This document shows positions 39,260-53,700 of a stretch of 64,000 bases of DNA, one piece after another (position 1 is the first letter of the stretch; each line of letters begins with the position of its first letter). The position numbers and the translations under genes are program-made. Origin of the DNA: Octopus vulgaris (lineage: Eukaryota); assembly GCA_951406725.2 (NCBI GenBank), contig OX597825.1:1302001-1366000 (forward strand), in the 5' to 3' direction. Under the pieces are notes generated by a model, which saw only the letters and a list, made by a program, of their open reading frames with translations, was not told where the DNA came from and did no database searches.

Positions 39260-40279
39260 TCCCAATATTGTGTGAAAACATGTCTGAACATGGGGAAATA
39301 TTACGTTGCTTGGGGCAAAAGGTGAAGATTGCTGTAAGGAATGGTTTTTGGCCACAGAAAATCTGCCTCAAATAATGTCTGTCCAACTCATACAAGCATG
39401 GAAAAGTGGATTTTAAATTGTGATGATGATACCCACACATAGAGAAACACATAATCGGTAATTCATAATCCAACGATAATAAAATAATGATTCTACTTCA
39501 GCAGAGTTAAATACATATTTCAGGACTTGTCCGTCTGTCTAAGAATAAGAATAAGAACTGTTCTCTGTTGCATTCCTCACTCTCAGATCAAGTGCAATGC
39601 CTGAAGCCTATTGAATTCTACTTTCCTCATAAGAAATGAATATATTCAACTCTCTGATATTTAAAATTGATTCTCTCTATTTCTGTGTTATGATAAATAC
39701 TGAATAACAGGGAGGATTTCTCTCCTGAGCTGTTTAATAGAATCCTTGGCTGAGATCTCAATCTGAATATATTTAATAAATATGTTATTTTCTGTGATAA
39801 GAAGCTTTGTTAGTTGGTTTGTTGATGACCTCATGTGCAGAAAGTTGAATTAAATTGTTAAGAAATATTCAGATATTACTTGCCCTTCATGTTGTATCTC
39901 TGAATATTGACTTTACTGCAAATAATGACACTAAGAAAGTTCTAGAATTTATCACAGAAATTGCTGAATATACCTAATTTTACATTTTTCTTTTTCTGGT
40001 TAATGTAAATTTTACATTTCATCTAAGTATATTGATAGAGAGAAGAAAATATAAGAAAGGAAGTCACCAAGTGAGAAGAAGAAAAGAAGAGAGGGGAAGA
40101 GCAAGAGATGATGAACAAGAGGTGGAGAGCAAGGGAAGAAAAGAGAGAGAGAGAGAGAGAGAGAGAAAGAAACATCAAGAGAAGGAGTGTAAGAGTTGAA
40201 TAGCCAAAAAGATGTAGAGAGAGTGAACTAGGGAGGGAGAGTTAGAAAGAGAGAGCACAAGGAAAGAAAGAGAGAGCAC

Positions 40280-40334
<55 letters not shown>

Positions 40335-40711
40335 TGGTCAGAAAAATCACCATATTGCAATGAAACTTCTTTGAGAGTTTATCTGAAGAAAAAATAATAT
40401 GAATTTGATAAGAGCAGTTTTTGATAATTGAAGCATAGAAAGTTTTATCTCTGAGATAAAACTAGATTTGTTACTTAAAGAATGTTTTTTTTCTTTTATA
40501 ATTTCTTCTGACGTAAAAATTTTCAAATTTTATTTTTAGAAGGTTGTGCATTGAAGAGAATAGAACTATTGCGACTTGGCCAACTCAATTTTGCAGTCTT
40601 AGCTGCACTATTTTATAATTAAAACATTTATGAGAAGAGGCAATCTGATTGGTGTCCTCTAGATGACCATACACACACATGCCCATGTGGTATATATATA
40701 TACATATATAG

Positions 40712-40965
40712 ATATAGATAGACAGACAGAGAGATAGACAGATACACACACACATATAGATAGACAGGCAGATAGATAGATAGACAGACAGACAGGCAGA
40801 TAGATAGATAGATAGATAGACAGACAGATAGAGATAGATAGATAGACAGACAGATAGAGATAGATAGATAAATAGACAGACAGACAAACAGATAGATAGA
40901 CAGACGACTGACAGATAGATAGGTAAATAGATAGATAGATAGACAGACACATAAATAGATAGATA
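40712..40965. repeat. (GATA)/(GACA) microsatellite
   Basis: Directly visible; a similar tract lies at 55290-55470. Confidence 0.95.
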
Positions 40966-41531
40966 TGTAATATTGATATATTTTATGTCTTTGGCTTCAA
41001 ATCTTAAATAGCTAATAGAAATTTAGGTTTTTAATTCATTTTTCCTGAAAATACTTTCCTAATGTTTTATGTTTCTATTTTTCTAATCATGGAATAGAAA
41101 TTTTAGAAAATAATTTCTATTTTTATTCTTATGTTTTGAAACACTTTATGAGTTCAAGGAATGTTCTAAAATGAATTGTACGAAAATAACATTTACATCT
41201 AATTGTTAAGCTATTAGCCTTTAATAATACATAATAAATGTTTACTTAGAGAATTTGACTTAACTGACTTATTTTTTCTTTCTATAAAGTATTAAATGTT
41301 GCTGAACTATAAATCAATGAAATAAGTTTCAGGTCACTAATGAAAAATCAGTACTCAATGTAAAATATTGAAAAATGTTATTAATTTTTTTTTCAATTTC
41401 TTATATGTAATATTTTCTGAAAGAAAAAAGAAGTAAAAAGGAAAAACAAAACAAGTGCTTGTGCATATAAAGAGCTTAATTTTTTTCTCTCCTTTATGTA
41501 ATATTTTCTGAAAAAAATTTAGGCTCTGTTC

Positions 41532-41605
<74 letters not shown>

Positions 41606-41657
41606 ATTTATATATATGTATGTATATGTGTGTACACACAGTCACACACACACATAC

Positions 41658-41696
<39 letters not shown>

Positions 41697-41809
41697 TACA
41701 CATATATATAAATGTAAAGAGCCTAATTTTTTTCCTTTCTCGTGTGCAATATTCTCTGAAAAAATAAAAACATTCTCCTCTCTTTTTTTCCTTTCTATGC
41801 ATGTGTACT

Positions 41810-41840
<31 letters not shown>

Positions 41841-41961
41841 ATGTATTCACACACACACAATCTGTGTATTCTGCAAAAAAGCATTGAAACGTCTTTTCTT
41901 TGAGACTGATACAAATTTGTATGTGTATGTAAGAATAATGTACACACACACACACACACAG

Positions 41962-41992
<31 letters not shown>

Positions 41993-42854
41993 TGCATATA
42001 TACAATACATACATTTGTATAAACACATATACACATGCAGAAATATATGTATGTATACACATATACACTCATACACACTCACACACACATGCACAGAGAC
42101 ATACATGTGCATTTATATGTGTTGGTCATGGCCACTCCTTGTTCCTCATCCACTACCCCCACCCATTGACCCTATTCAATCTCTGTAGTTTTCACCAATG
42201 CTTTCTTACCTCATCCATTTATCATCCTTCAATCCTTGTTTTTCATTCATTATCCACTCCTTTCACTCATTCTCCATCTTTCTCTTTCCCATATAACTCT
42301 TGCAACCTCCACTCACCCATACTCCTGTCCTACCCATTCTGCTGTTCTACCCACATTGTACCTACCTGATCCACCCAGACACCTCATCATCCCAATATCC
42401 CTGTCTAGCTCCACCCCAATCACTCCAACCCTCACTTCTACAACATGAGTAGGCATGTGGCTCCTCTACAACAGAGAATGATTCACTCTGGCCTCACTCC
42501 CATATCTATGTATATACACACACCGTATTTGATGGCCTTTAAGACGCACATTTCTTACCCCAAAATGACTTTTAAAAAAAGTGTGTGTGTGTGTGGGGGG
42601 GATATGAGAGCCAATGGCTTAGTGGTTGGAGTGTTGCAGCAATGATTACAAGCTCATGGTTTCAGTTCCTAAACCAGGTGATACATTTATTCTTGAGCAA
42701 ATCATTTCATCTAAAAGTTTGCAATCTTTTATGAAAAGATCCTGTAGATGAGAAAATATCACCTTGCAAGCAAGGTGATATTTCATTTAATAAGAGTAGA
42801 AATTAATATTATTAAATAATATCAATTTCAACTAGTGGTCAGCATATATATATA

Positions 42855-43148
42855 TCATGCGACCATGTGACCAACCAGACCATCAGATGTTACTACACAT
42901 CGCTGGTCACAATGCCGTCGCATTGTTTTAGCCTTCGAATGATGCCACCCTGCTGGCTAAGCGAGCAGGCCAACAGAAGAAAGAGTGGTGAAAGAGTACA
43001 GCCGGGATCACCACCCCCTGCTGGAGCCTCGTGGAGTTTTTAGGTGTTTTCGCTCAATAAACACTCACAATTGCTCGGTCTGGGAATTGAAACCACGAAC
43101 CTAGGACCGCGAGTCCGCTGCCCTAACCACTGGGCCATTGTGCCTCCA
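42855..43148 (-). mobile_element. tRNA-derived SINE (third family; possibly tRNA-Arg-derived)
   Basis: Minus strand GGAGGCACAATGGCCCAGTGGTTAGGGCAGCGGACTCGCGGTC...GTTTCAATTCCC. Highly similar to 54967-55272; both abut (TA)n. Confidence 0.85.
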
Positions 43149-43158
43149 CATATATATC

Positions 43159-43216
<58 letters not shown>

Positions 43217-43659
43217 TGTGTGTGTGTAAAATCCTTTCTACTAAAGGCAGTGGGCCTGAGATTTTGTGGAAGGGGACTATTTGATAACATGGACCCCAAT
43301 GTTTCAATGGTTCTTAATTTATTGACCCCAAAAGGATGTATCTATTCAGTTCTGTCTCTGTATCATAGTTTAACTTATCACCTGGCACAAAGCCACCTCT
43401 CACAATATCACTGTGCCCTCATTTGAGGGATCTTTGTGTTGCTAGTTACTTGGTGACTTAGCTGGTGCTAGTGGCACATAAAAAGTACCCAGTACACTTT
43501 GTACAGTGGTTGGCATGGGGAGAAGCATCCATTCATAGAAACCATACCAAAACAGACAGTAGAGCTTGGTGTAGTCCTCTGGTTTGCCAGCTCCTTTCAA
43601 GCAATCCAACCCATGTCAGCATGGGAAATAGACATGATAACATGAGTGTGTGTGTGTGT

Positions 43660-43693
<34 letters not shown>

Positions 43694-44503
43694 AAGAAAG
43701 AGAGAGAGAAAGAGAGAGAGAGAGCGAGAGAAAGAGAAGGCGTGTGCATTTTTTCGTTTGCGTTTGCTTTCATTGCCTGACAGCGCACACAATATTTTAG
43801 GACTTCAGGTATTGAATTCATTGTGGTTTTTATATAATTAAAAATATCTCTATTTATCTATCTATCTATCTATCTATCTATCTGCGGTGTGTGTGAGTAT
43901 GTGCATGCATGCGCATGTATATAAGCACCCATTATTTGAGCATCTGCAGAAAATATATCATAAGAAGTCCAATTTATGAAAACATTGATCGCAAACAAAA
44001 CAAAACTTCAGAGAAATATTTGCAAAATTGAAAACAAAAAGGAAAAACAAAATAGAGAAGAGAAAAGAAAAAAAGAATATTACTAAGGGTCACAAACACC
44101 CTTTGTTCTCTTGAAAATAAACCTAAGATTTCTTCTTGAAAATTTATACAGAAGTGCTGCTCATTAAAAAATTAATATACTAGAAAAATACATTTATTAA
44201 TATAACAGAAGGAAGTCTAGTTGACTGTTTTGTTTTTATATTAATACAATGCTATGCATAGAAAATGAGACCAATGAAGAATTCTTTTACATAAACTTAA
44301 TAATCAATAAGATTTTTAAGTGTTCTGTTTTTTCCCCCAGACTAATGCATCAAACAAAATGCCTAATGTTTGTTTTCATTGTATTATTAAGGAACAAGTA
44401 AAAGATATTTTTTTTTAGTTTGGTTGACTACATAACATTTTTTCCTTATCTTTCTTATATTACAGAAGAAGCCATATACTCTCTCAAAATATATATGTAT
44501 ACA

Positions 44504-44548
<45 letters not shown>

Positions 44549-46142
44549 CATACATACATACACACACACACACATATATATATACATACACATATAAACA
44601 CATATATATGTAAGCATTTATCAGTCTGTGTATATATATGTGTGTGTATGTGGATATGTCTGTGTTTGTATATATATAAACATTATTTTACATAACATAC
44701 GAAAGATTCATTGTGTTGTAACTCTGGATATGTAAAATATTCAAAATAAAATTGTTCTCATGTTAAAAAAAAACTGAAAAACTTTCAAAATATCATTCAA
44801 GAATGGAAATGTCTACATAAATGCTTTGAATAAAATTCTATAGAATTTGTTTCCTAATGATTGTCATTTTGGGTTGCAAGATTTTTGAGAGCAATGTCAT
44901 CAACAGCTTGGCTTCCCCACGGTGTAAAGCTCACAAGTAAAGGAGATTCAAGATAAAGAGTGATCAGCAGCGTTCAATCTTGACGAACAACAGCAGAGAA
45001 GACATGACAACAGCATGTCGTTACAAGAGCAAAGTAGGAAGGATGGTTGCTGCAGTGAAACTTCCTTTAGTTTTTAAGATAGACATTTTATCTTTTGTAT
45101 GAAGCTTGCAGCCTCACGGATTTGCTGAATACCTATTTATTTAAAAACATGGTTTCTTCAAATACTATAAATTCAAAGCAGACATTAACCCTTTGGCATT
45201 ATAGAAAAGATACCCATATATCAATACAGCAGAGAAGACATACATAGTAGGGAGTCGCTCCTTTGATTCTATACTGTATTTATGTTTCCATTTTGAGATG
45301 AAATTCTCCTTCTATATTCATTTATTGTAATTTGTTTCATTAAATAAATATGTGTGCGTGTATTTGTATCTGTTCTAAGTTGTTAATATAGAATACAGTT
45401 GGTTTTTAAGTCTGAAATAAGCTTTCCTACAAATTCTGATTGAGTTTAACAGTTATTTAATATTTATAGCTGTGAAAATGCCGTCTTGTTGGACGGTATT
45501 AGACATGTGATTCTAACTTAAACCGACAACTTAAATTTTTAAATGGAATATTACTATTTTACAGCGTTTATTCTTTCTAGTATTGGCAGACTGACATGTC
45601 TTTAATGAAGAACTCTTTAGAGGAAATGGTTAAAGTATTTTATCTGAAAGAATTATACAGTACCAGTCAATAGGTTTGGAAAGAAAAAAGATACGTTTTA
45701 CATGGGTATATGTGTGTATATGTGTGTGCGTGTATAAGTATAATTATATTGATTGAACAATTTCCTTCACACTTATTTTTCCTTTGAGTGTTGTCTTGTT
45801 GCTTAGCACCAGATTAGGCCCTGGCTAAGCACACCTGTAATCAAAGCACTTTCCTGCTTTTTTTTCCCTTTTTTCTTCTATTTCTTTTTTCTTTCTTTTT
45901 TTTTTTTTGGTATGCTAGTGTGGGATTTGAGGAAAATTTAGTTGGTTGAGCCACTAACTGCATAGAGGTATTTAGACAGCATTTTTTGAGGTGAGGATAT
46001 TTCAACATTTTTGAAGGATTTCATAGAAGGAAGGAAACAAAAGCTGGATTATGTTGTTAATCTGAAAGAGCGGACATAAAGATAGAATTAAAGAATGTAA
46101 TGTTTAGCAGAGTTTGTAACATACAGTATATGTTTTTTCTCA

Positions 46143-46342
46143 ACATGATAGATCGGTAGCCACTACACGCATTTTTTTTCTCTCGTTGTTTCTCACCTAG
46201 TTTTTTTCTGTGTCCCTTTCTGTAGAAGAGCGTAGGCTCAAAACGTAAAACACTTTTTCAGTTTCCTGAGCATTATACTAATACATCTGTTTGTTTTATA
46301 CACCACCTGTCTTCGTCTTTTGATTTTTTTTGTGAACTCTCC

Positions 46343-46344
<2 letters not shown>
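46143..46344 (+). mobile_element. Short Penelope-like element with hammerhead-like motif
   Basis: TTT-CTGTAGA-A-GAGC-GTAG-GCTC-AAAA-CG-TA-AAA at 46217-46250, followed by (TA)n. An inverted sister copy lies at 8959-9152. Confidence 0.6.
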
Positions 46345-46381
<37 letters not shown>

Positions 46382-49080
46382 CACTAGATGGTAAATGTTT
46401 TTCATTTCCAAATTTATTCCTGTCGAATTTTATCCGTTATTTTTGTGGTTTACAGAACCTAGCTGTTCTGTCTAATGTGTTGAATTCATGTTAAGTGGAT
46501 TCCTTATGTGTATAAATATACACTATATCGTATGACTAATATATAGTCTTCTTGACTAACTTTTTTTGCATGTTAGACCACTGGAAATGTAAATTTTGAT
46601 TGAATATTTTAATTTTAATTAAATTCCATTTCTCTTTGATATGATATGTCGATATATATATATATATATATATATAAATATATCTAGCAGCAATTGAGTA
46701 TGCTGCTGTTTTGTCCCAAGTTAATCCTGATCAAGCAGACCTTTGATCAAAGGTATTTCAGCCATGACAGTTCCATTTCTTTCTCAGGGTTAATGTACAA
46801 CAGAATATATTATCCAGTGTATCACTTCTTATATGATGATGTGTTTTAAGAGAGATTCGACTACTATTTCTGGTAGCTAGAATCACCATATAGATGCTCC
46901 CTTATTGGTTCAATATAATGGTAGTTGCTGTTGATTATCCTCAGGCCATCTCTGAGTGAAAAGACCAATGATCAAATTTCTTCAAGCCATGACCATCCCA
47001 CCTTGTGTTCTCATTTTACTGTTAGAAGTAATTTACCAAAACCCATGCATGCTTTAACTTCATTACTATGGCAACAGTCCAGATACTTATTGATCAGTCC
47101 ACATATGTATGCATGCATGTTTGTGTGTGTGTGTGTGTGTGCATGTGTCTGAGTATGTATGTGTTTGTGTGAACCCTTGTCTAAGCAGCTTGTGCTGTTT
47201 GTAGATAAGCATCACCATTAATAATACAAACAAGGTTAGACTGTTTCCAGTCTTCTGGAAAAAACACATGCAGCTTTGGGATAATACCACCTTGCTTTGA
47301 AACAAGCGAGGGTTGGTAACAAGAGGGGCTGGAGGACATAGAAAATCTGTTTCAACAAATTCTGTCTGACCACGTAAGCATGGAAAAGGGGATATTTAAT
47401 GATGGTGATGATGATGAGTAAGAAAAGCAAATTTGCTAAAGTTTTCCAATACAAGATATTCCAGTAATTTCCATTAATCTTTAATGGATTTGGATTATCT
47501 GACAAAGTAAATAATTGTTGTTTTCCATAATATGGAATTTGTTTAATTTAATAAAGGAAAGGCCAGATAAATTCTGGAGTGTATTGAAACAGCTGAGCTG
47601 AAGAGAAAACTTAGTTTTGTTTACCTTTTCACCTTTGAATGGCTGGACAATTTGACAGTCAGCTGTAATTCTTCAAGTGAATTCAGTTGTTGCTTAACCC
47701 AAGGACTGTCTCAAATGAGCAAACTGGGACCAAAAACACTCCACTCATGAGCAACCAGTATTTTTGTAGATCTAAGAATACATTATTGTTCAGTGTGCCT
47801 TTCATTTTTTTAACGTAGTTAGGTGGGGATTGACGGAATTTAGTTGCTGTATTTAGCTAGCCAAACAACCATGTAAAATCTCTCTCGTTTTGGTTGTTAG
47901 GAAAGATGTGATGTTAAGCCATTCTTTGCAGAAATTTATGAAAGTGGATTAGCATATTGCTGAGGTCAATATTCAAAGAACTAGTAAGAAACTATAGTCT
48001 TAGCAAAGAAATAAATATAATTTCTAGAATAAAAAAATATTTATGTGCCATAAGGAGAGGTGAGTTACGATGTTTGTTGCATGGCTGCTGTTTGAAGAAA
48101 CGAAAGGTAAATTGGAAGCTGTGAATAAAGTTGGGGAATGGCTAGTAACAGTTGAATGAGCCAGAAGAGGAATTTCAATAGAGAAGCAGTGGAATATTTG
48201 ATCTCAAAGCATGTCTAATCAGAAATAATCTTTTTGAGCATAAAATGCAATCAGCCAAGGAAGCCTGCACTCTTGCAATTAGCTGTTTTATTTATTTATT
48301 GCATTTTTTTCTTATTTATTTTTTGTGGTAAGCAAACTCCAAATGTAAACCTTGCAGAGCTACAGAGCCTTATTGTGTGGAAGAAGTTTTGTGAATGGCA
48401 TTCACTGCTCAAGTTAATAAGGATCTAACCAGTTGCAGTGTTGGATTTAATAAAGTTCCTGACCTTGCCATGAATAGGGACCAATGATAGATCAACCAGT
48501 GAATAACATATTTTATATTATGGTTTACTCCATGAATAGGGACCTCATAAAACATTCTTTAATAGGTATATAACAATCTACTTTCTTTCAGCATCACAAA
48601 CACACAATTACTGCACATATCATGGAAGCAGTCTTCTGCCATAACAGTTCCTACACACAAACAACACATATTAATACAAATGCCTCATCTTACAATCCCT
48701 GATAATCTTTTATGGCAACCTCACAAACATTGCCAAGGCATTGCATCTCAACAGTGCTTGCAGTAGAATTCTACTGCTACTGTGAAATTCCTACATTATC
48801 TAGGGTTTTCTTTTTTGTATTGATGTCTGTTATTCGGAGCAATTGACCCTATATTTAAAATTATGTAATATATTCTATTTTCCATTTTATGCTATACTGC
48901 ACATTAGTCCACCCTTGGATGATTCCAGTGAAACATTTATTTATTTATTTTTTATTTATTTCACATAAGCGAAGTGGTTGCTAGTTCTTCATTCAACCAA
49001 GGAGAAAGAGGTGGTTGTAAGTGGTCTCCCATGAACTTTTGGTGTAGCAAAGCTGATTCTCAAAATTACAGGGGGGGGGG

Positions 49081-49153
<73 letters not shown>

Positions 49154-49934
49154 ATCAACCCCACTACTTGACTGGTAATTTATTTATCAACAGAGAGGAT
49201 AAAAGGCCATTTTGGCTTTGTTAGAATTTGAACTAACAAAGCACAGACAGCCAAATCTAATACTACAAGACATTCTATTTTGGCACCTTAATGACCCAGC
49301 CAACTGCCTATGCAATATAAATCCCATATTTACTTTTCCACTCTGAAAATGGATTATTATTTATAATTTTAACTTATAGAATTATTACTTTTGCTAAATA
49401 CATTATGTAATGTGTATTGAAAATGTTATCCAACTTTATAAACAATATTTCAGATAAAATCACAACAAAGAACAGAAGTAAATTTTGCTGAGAAGATCTA
49501 ACGAATACACGAAAGCATAAATAAATTGACATATAAAAAACAATTTACTGAATCTTATACAATATTTTTATCCCTTACCAATCTTTCTTTTGCAAAAATA
49601 TCGTTATAGCTATTACAATACAGTTTGTGCATTCACCTCAAAAAATTAGTCCAAATTAAGAATCAGTGATTATATTTTATTTTTCTAATAACAGACTTTC
49701 TTAAATAAAATATTATGCTTAAAATGCTTAAAAACACTTGGATATGAATCCAAGAACATTTTTCATTCTAAACCATCAAAGTAAACCCTTGTTTTCATTG
49801 TTAATCGTCAAAGTATTTAAAATAAAATCATCAACAGATTTTAAGATAATTCCATTTTTTCCCATCTATTGGTCTGGAAAAAAGAGCCCTGCTCATGACC
49901 TTTGCAGACCCTCTTCAATGGGCGAGACACATCA

Positions 49935-50240
49935 TATGTATTTTCTTCTCAAAATCACCCAAATACTAAATATGTACATATGTATGTTTTCCATTTTAAA
50001 GCATTAAATTATTTAAGCAACACTATGTATATTTTTCATTCAATACAATAAAAATACTTAAGCTAAACCATGTGTATATATTTTCATAATAAATCAACCA
50101 AAAAAACCTATAATAAATCTATGTATAGTTTTCAATCTCAGCCATCAAAACAGTTTGGATAAACACATGTATATTTTTTGTTCTAAACTACTGGAATACT
50201 TAAAATAACATCTATAATTTTCATTCTACACCAGCAACAT

Positions 50241-50287
<47 letters not shown>

Positions 50288-50965
50288 TCTAAATCAAAAT
50301 ACTTGAGATAAACAATTGTATATTTTCATTTCCAGTTATCAAAGTAGCTATGATAAACACATGCCCATTGTTTTGTTCTGAATGATCAAAATATTAGCTA
50401 AATCTATACTTTGTTTTTGTTTTAGATGGTTACAAAATTCAGGGGGCACATGACCTTCACATGACCTTCAAGGTCAGTCATATCACCCTATTACTGATTT
50501 TGGTCTGGTACATATTTTATTTGAAATTTATGTCAAATTACTAAGTACAAGATTTAAAGTCAGATAACAACATCAGAGTAACAATTAACAACTGTGCTTA
50601 CTGACAGACACACAACGGGCTTCCATACAGTTTCAGTCCATCAAATTCCATTTACAAAGTCAAACCAACCAAGAAGACATGCAGTGGGATTGAATCCAAA
50701 GCCATGTAGTCGCAAAGTGAACTTTATAACCACTGAGCCATGCTTTTACCTCTGTATATTTTTCATCATAGATAATCAAAACACATAAAATATACCCATG
50801 TGTATATTTCATTCTATGCAATCAAAATGGCTAAAGTAAACCAGCGTAAATTTCCATCATAAACCACCAAAATAGCTAAAATACTCCCATGTTTATTTTT
50901 CATTTCAAACCGTCAAAATGGCAATCATAAACACATATATATTTTCCATTTTGATCCATCAAAAA
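49935..50965. repeat. Degenerate ~45-bp AT-rich minisatellite, interrupted by (TA)n and a SINE remnant
   Basis: Recurring unit approx. CATGTATATTTTCATTCTAAACCATCAAAATACTTAAGATAAAC. ATCAAAA-equivalents at 50775, 50821, 50865, 50912 and 50958. Confidence 0.75.
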
Positions 50966-53370
50966 AAAAAAGAAAAAAAGAAGCAATACTGTCTTATAAA
51001 ATCAATTTCATTTTAGATAGCTTCTTTTATTTATAAATGTCCTCAAAGCATAAACACATTCTTCATATGAAATTGAATGTGATAATTTCAATTATCAGTT
51101 TAATGATATTATATTAGATCTATATTATGAAATATAATTTTAAAATAACAAAGGCTTAGTTTGCCGGTTGATCATAACAATCAAGAAAATTTTGTTAACT
51201 TTCTTAAATCTTGAATATCATATAATTGATCTTCTTAACTGAGAAAACATTGTGTTTATAACACTTATCAATTCAATTTATTTGTAATTTAAATAAATAA
51301 ATTCAAAACAGATTGTTGCAAGAAAAACAGGATGACTTTACAGTTTTATCAGTAAATTTGAGACAAGTGAATGAAATCCCAACAGCAGAAACTGATCTAT
51401 TAATATCGTATAATCCGATTACCAGATTTCCATTCCTCTGCATATTTGAGATTTGAGGTTGTAAAGTGATGGTTGCAATTTATTTAAATTCTAGATTATA
51501 ACTGATTTCCCCCTCAAGGCAGTAAATGAAGGAGCTTTTACATAGTCACTTGACAGATTCAATATAGCTACAAAATTTCCATCTCCTTAGAAGCTTTCCA
51601 AAGGAGACCATACGTACTAAATTCAAAATATCTAAAATCCAAAACAATTAATAAGAGGCATACATCAATACCGAACATGACTGAATCAATTCTGATGGCT
51701 ACTTTGTAGATCATATATTATACTCTGCTTAAATGCAATGTTTATCACATTCTTAGCTATGCCAAGTCAAGCTGTTATAGCAGAGTTGATCATTCTGATT
51801 GACCAAAACTGAAAAACAATAATATTGATTTCATACACCATTAAAATAGATAGAATCAAACATTAAACCTCTCTGCCTCTCTCTCTCTCTCCTCCTCTTT
51901 CATGTGTGTGCCTCTGTATGTATGCCTCTGTGTGTGTGTGTGTATGCCTGTGTGTGTGTGCGTGCAAACGCTTTGGTATTTCATAATCAAGAATGGCAAG
52001 GCAGTAAACGGCAGATCATTCCTGTTGTCTTCAAGAGTAAGAAAAGTGTGAGTTATGATATTCAAATTTTCCACAAGAACTTGGTGTTGTAGCGACATGG
52101 ATCGTTAGCTGCATATTTAAATGAACCATTGAGGTAGTATCACTGTGGTTACTTAACTTGCTAGAAAGGGTAGTGAATTTACACTCACCATCTTAAAAAG
52201 AAAAAGGAAGGACACATTAAACAGTGCAATAACATATGTAAAATGATGGGGTGGTCATGGCTGGAGCGCCTTTGAAATTATCGATCTGCTTGATTAGATA
52301 TAACCTGGAGTTAAGCAACAATAGCAACTACGACATCCACCATATAAATACATTAGTGGCCATGAGTTGAAATAACTTAAACCTGGAATTTAAGCAGAAC
52401 ACACTCGGCTCGCTCTGAACTTACGTCTTCTCTAAGATTGCTGACCAATAATAAATGCACACCACCACCACCACCACCACCACCGCTGCCACCGCTGCCA
52501 CCGCCACATGTTACTACATTAGAAATCTAAAGTTGCATATTCATGTCTGGTTAAATAATTGTTTCAGTTTGCTCCGTCACATAAACATCTAAAATGCATT
52601 AAGATTTCAAATAGCATCAATGAACACAACACTACCTACTATGTATGTTTGGTTGGTTTTTCAGGAATTGGTATCTTTGAACTTAACTTCTGCTACTGTT
52701 GTTGTCATCATCAATGTTTTAATATGCTGGCAATGGTTGGCTACATTTGCAATATATATATAACCACTGTACATGCATCATGCAATCAAAACACCTCTCC
52801 CACTCATTTTTCTCTTTCACACCTGAATGTCATAAAAAAAACATACTAGCACTCAACCTCTTTCCTCAGATCTATATTCAGTCTTTATTTCGTTATTATA
52901 TATCTGCAGCATCTTTCATCACTACCTCCTAACCTCATATTCACCCTACATCAAAAGAACACATCGTAACTATACTTCCATACATCTGTCAATTGTTCTA
53001 GCTTTGCTTTATCTCTTCACTATTTTAATAACTTCATCCATTAAGCACATCAATATTTTTGCCTTTATTATTAAAGGCAAAAAATATGGTGAGCCAACAC
53101 AAGAGTCTCTTTGTGGCGTTGACCTGCTAGAAATACCAGTTACATTTTTCTCAAATCACATTCTATGGTCTTTAAAAAGAAGGTGTTATTAGATTATATA
53201 GTTCCATACACTTGAATTCTGAATAAAAGATGGGATGATGACAAATGAAAAATCTTAGCTGTATTGAATCAGGCCTGACTTAGATCTTAGCAATAACAAC
53301 AAACACACACACACACACACACGCACATCCAGGAGCCTCTCTCTCTCTCTCTCTCCCCCATAACACCCAT

Positions 53371-53543
53371 ATCATCATCATCATCATCATCTTCGTTTAA
53401 CGTCCGCTTTCCATGCTGGCATGGGTTGGACGATTTGACTGAGGGCTGGCAAACCAGATGGCTGCACCAGACTTCAATCTTGATCTAGCAGAGTTTCTAC
53501 AGCTGGATGCCCTTCCTAATGCCAACCACTCTGAGAGTGTAGT
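53371..53543 (-). mobile_element. Young RTE LINE 3' terminal fragment
   Basis: (CAT)n plus CGTTTAACGTCCGCTTTCCATGCTGGCATGGGTTGGACG..., nearly identical to 31605-31770. Confidence 0.9.
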
Positions 53544-53700
53544 ATATATGTATAAAAATTAATAAAAATAGCTAGTTGCAATGTTAAACCATAAATGTGC
53601 TTCATAACAGTATTGGAACATTTTAGCTCTTATTTCTAGCAATGTAGATGTCTTGACACCCTTAGTCATGTTTAGTTAGTAACTATAATTCTCCAATATA

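Noticed and set aside
41578-42369. 263-aa ORF and many other CV/HT/YI-rich ORFs
   Set aside because: Products of (TG)n, (CA)n and (TA)n microsatellites.
49935-50965. CRISPR-like regularly spaced repeats
   Set aside because: Eukaryotic context, whole-unit degeneracy without unique spacers, and no cas genes.
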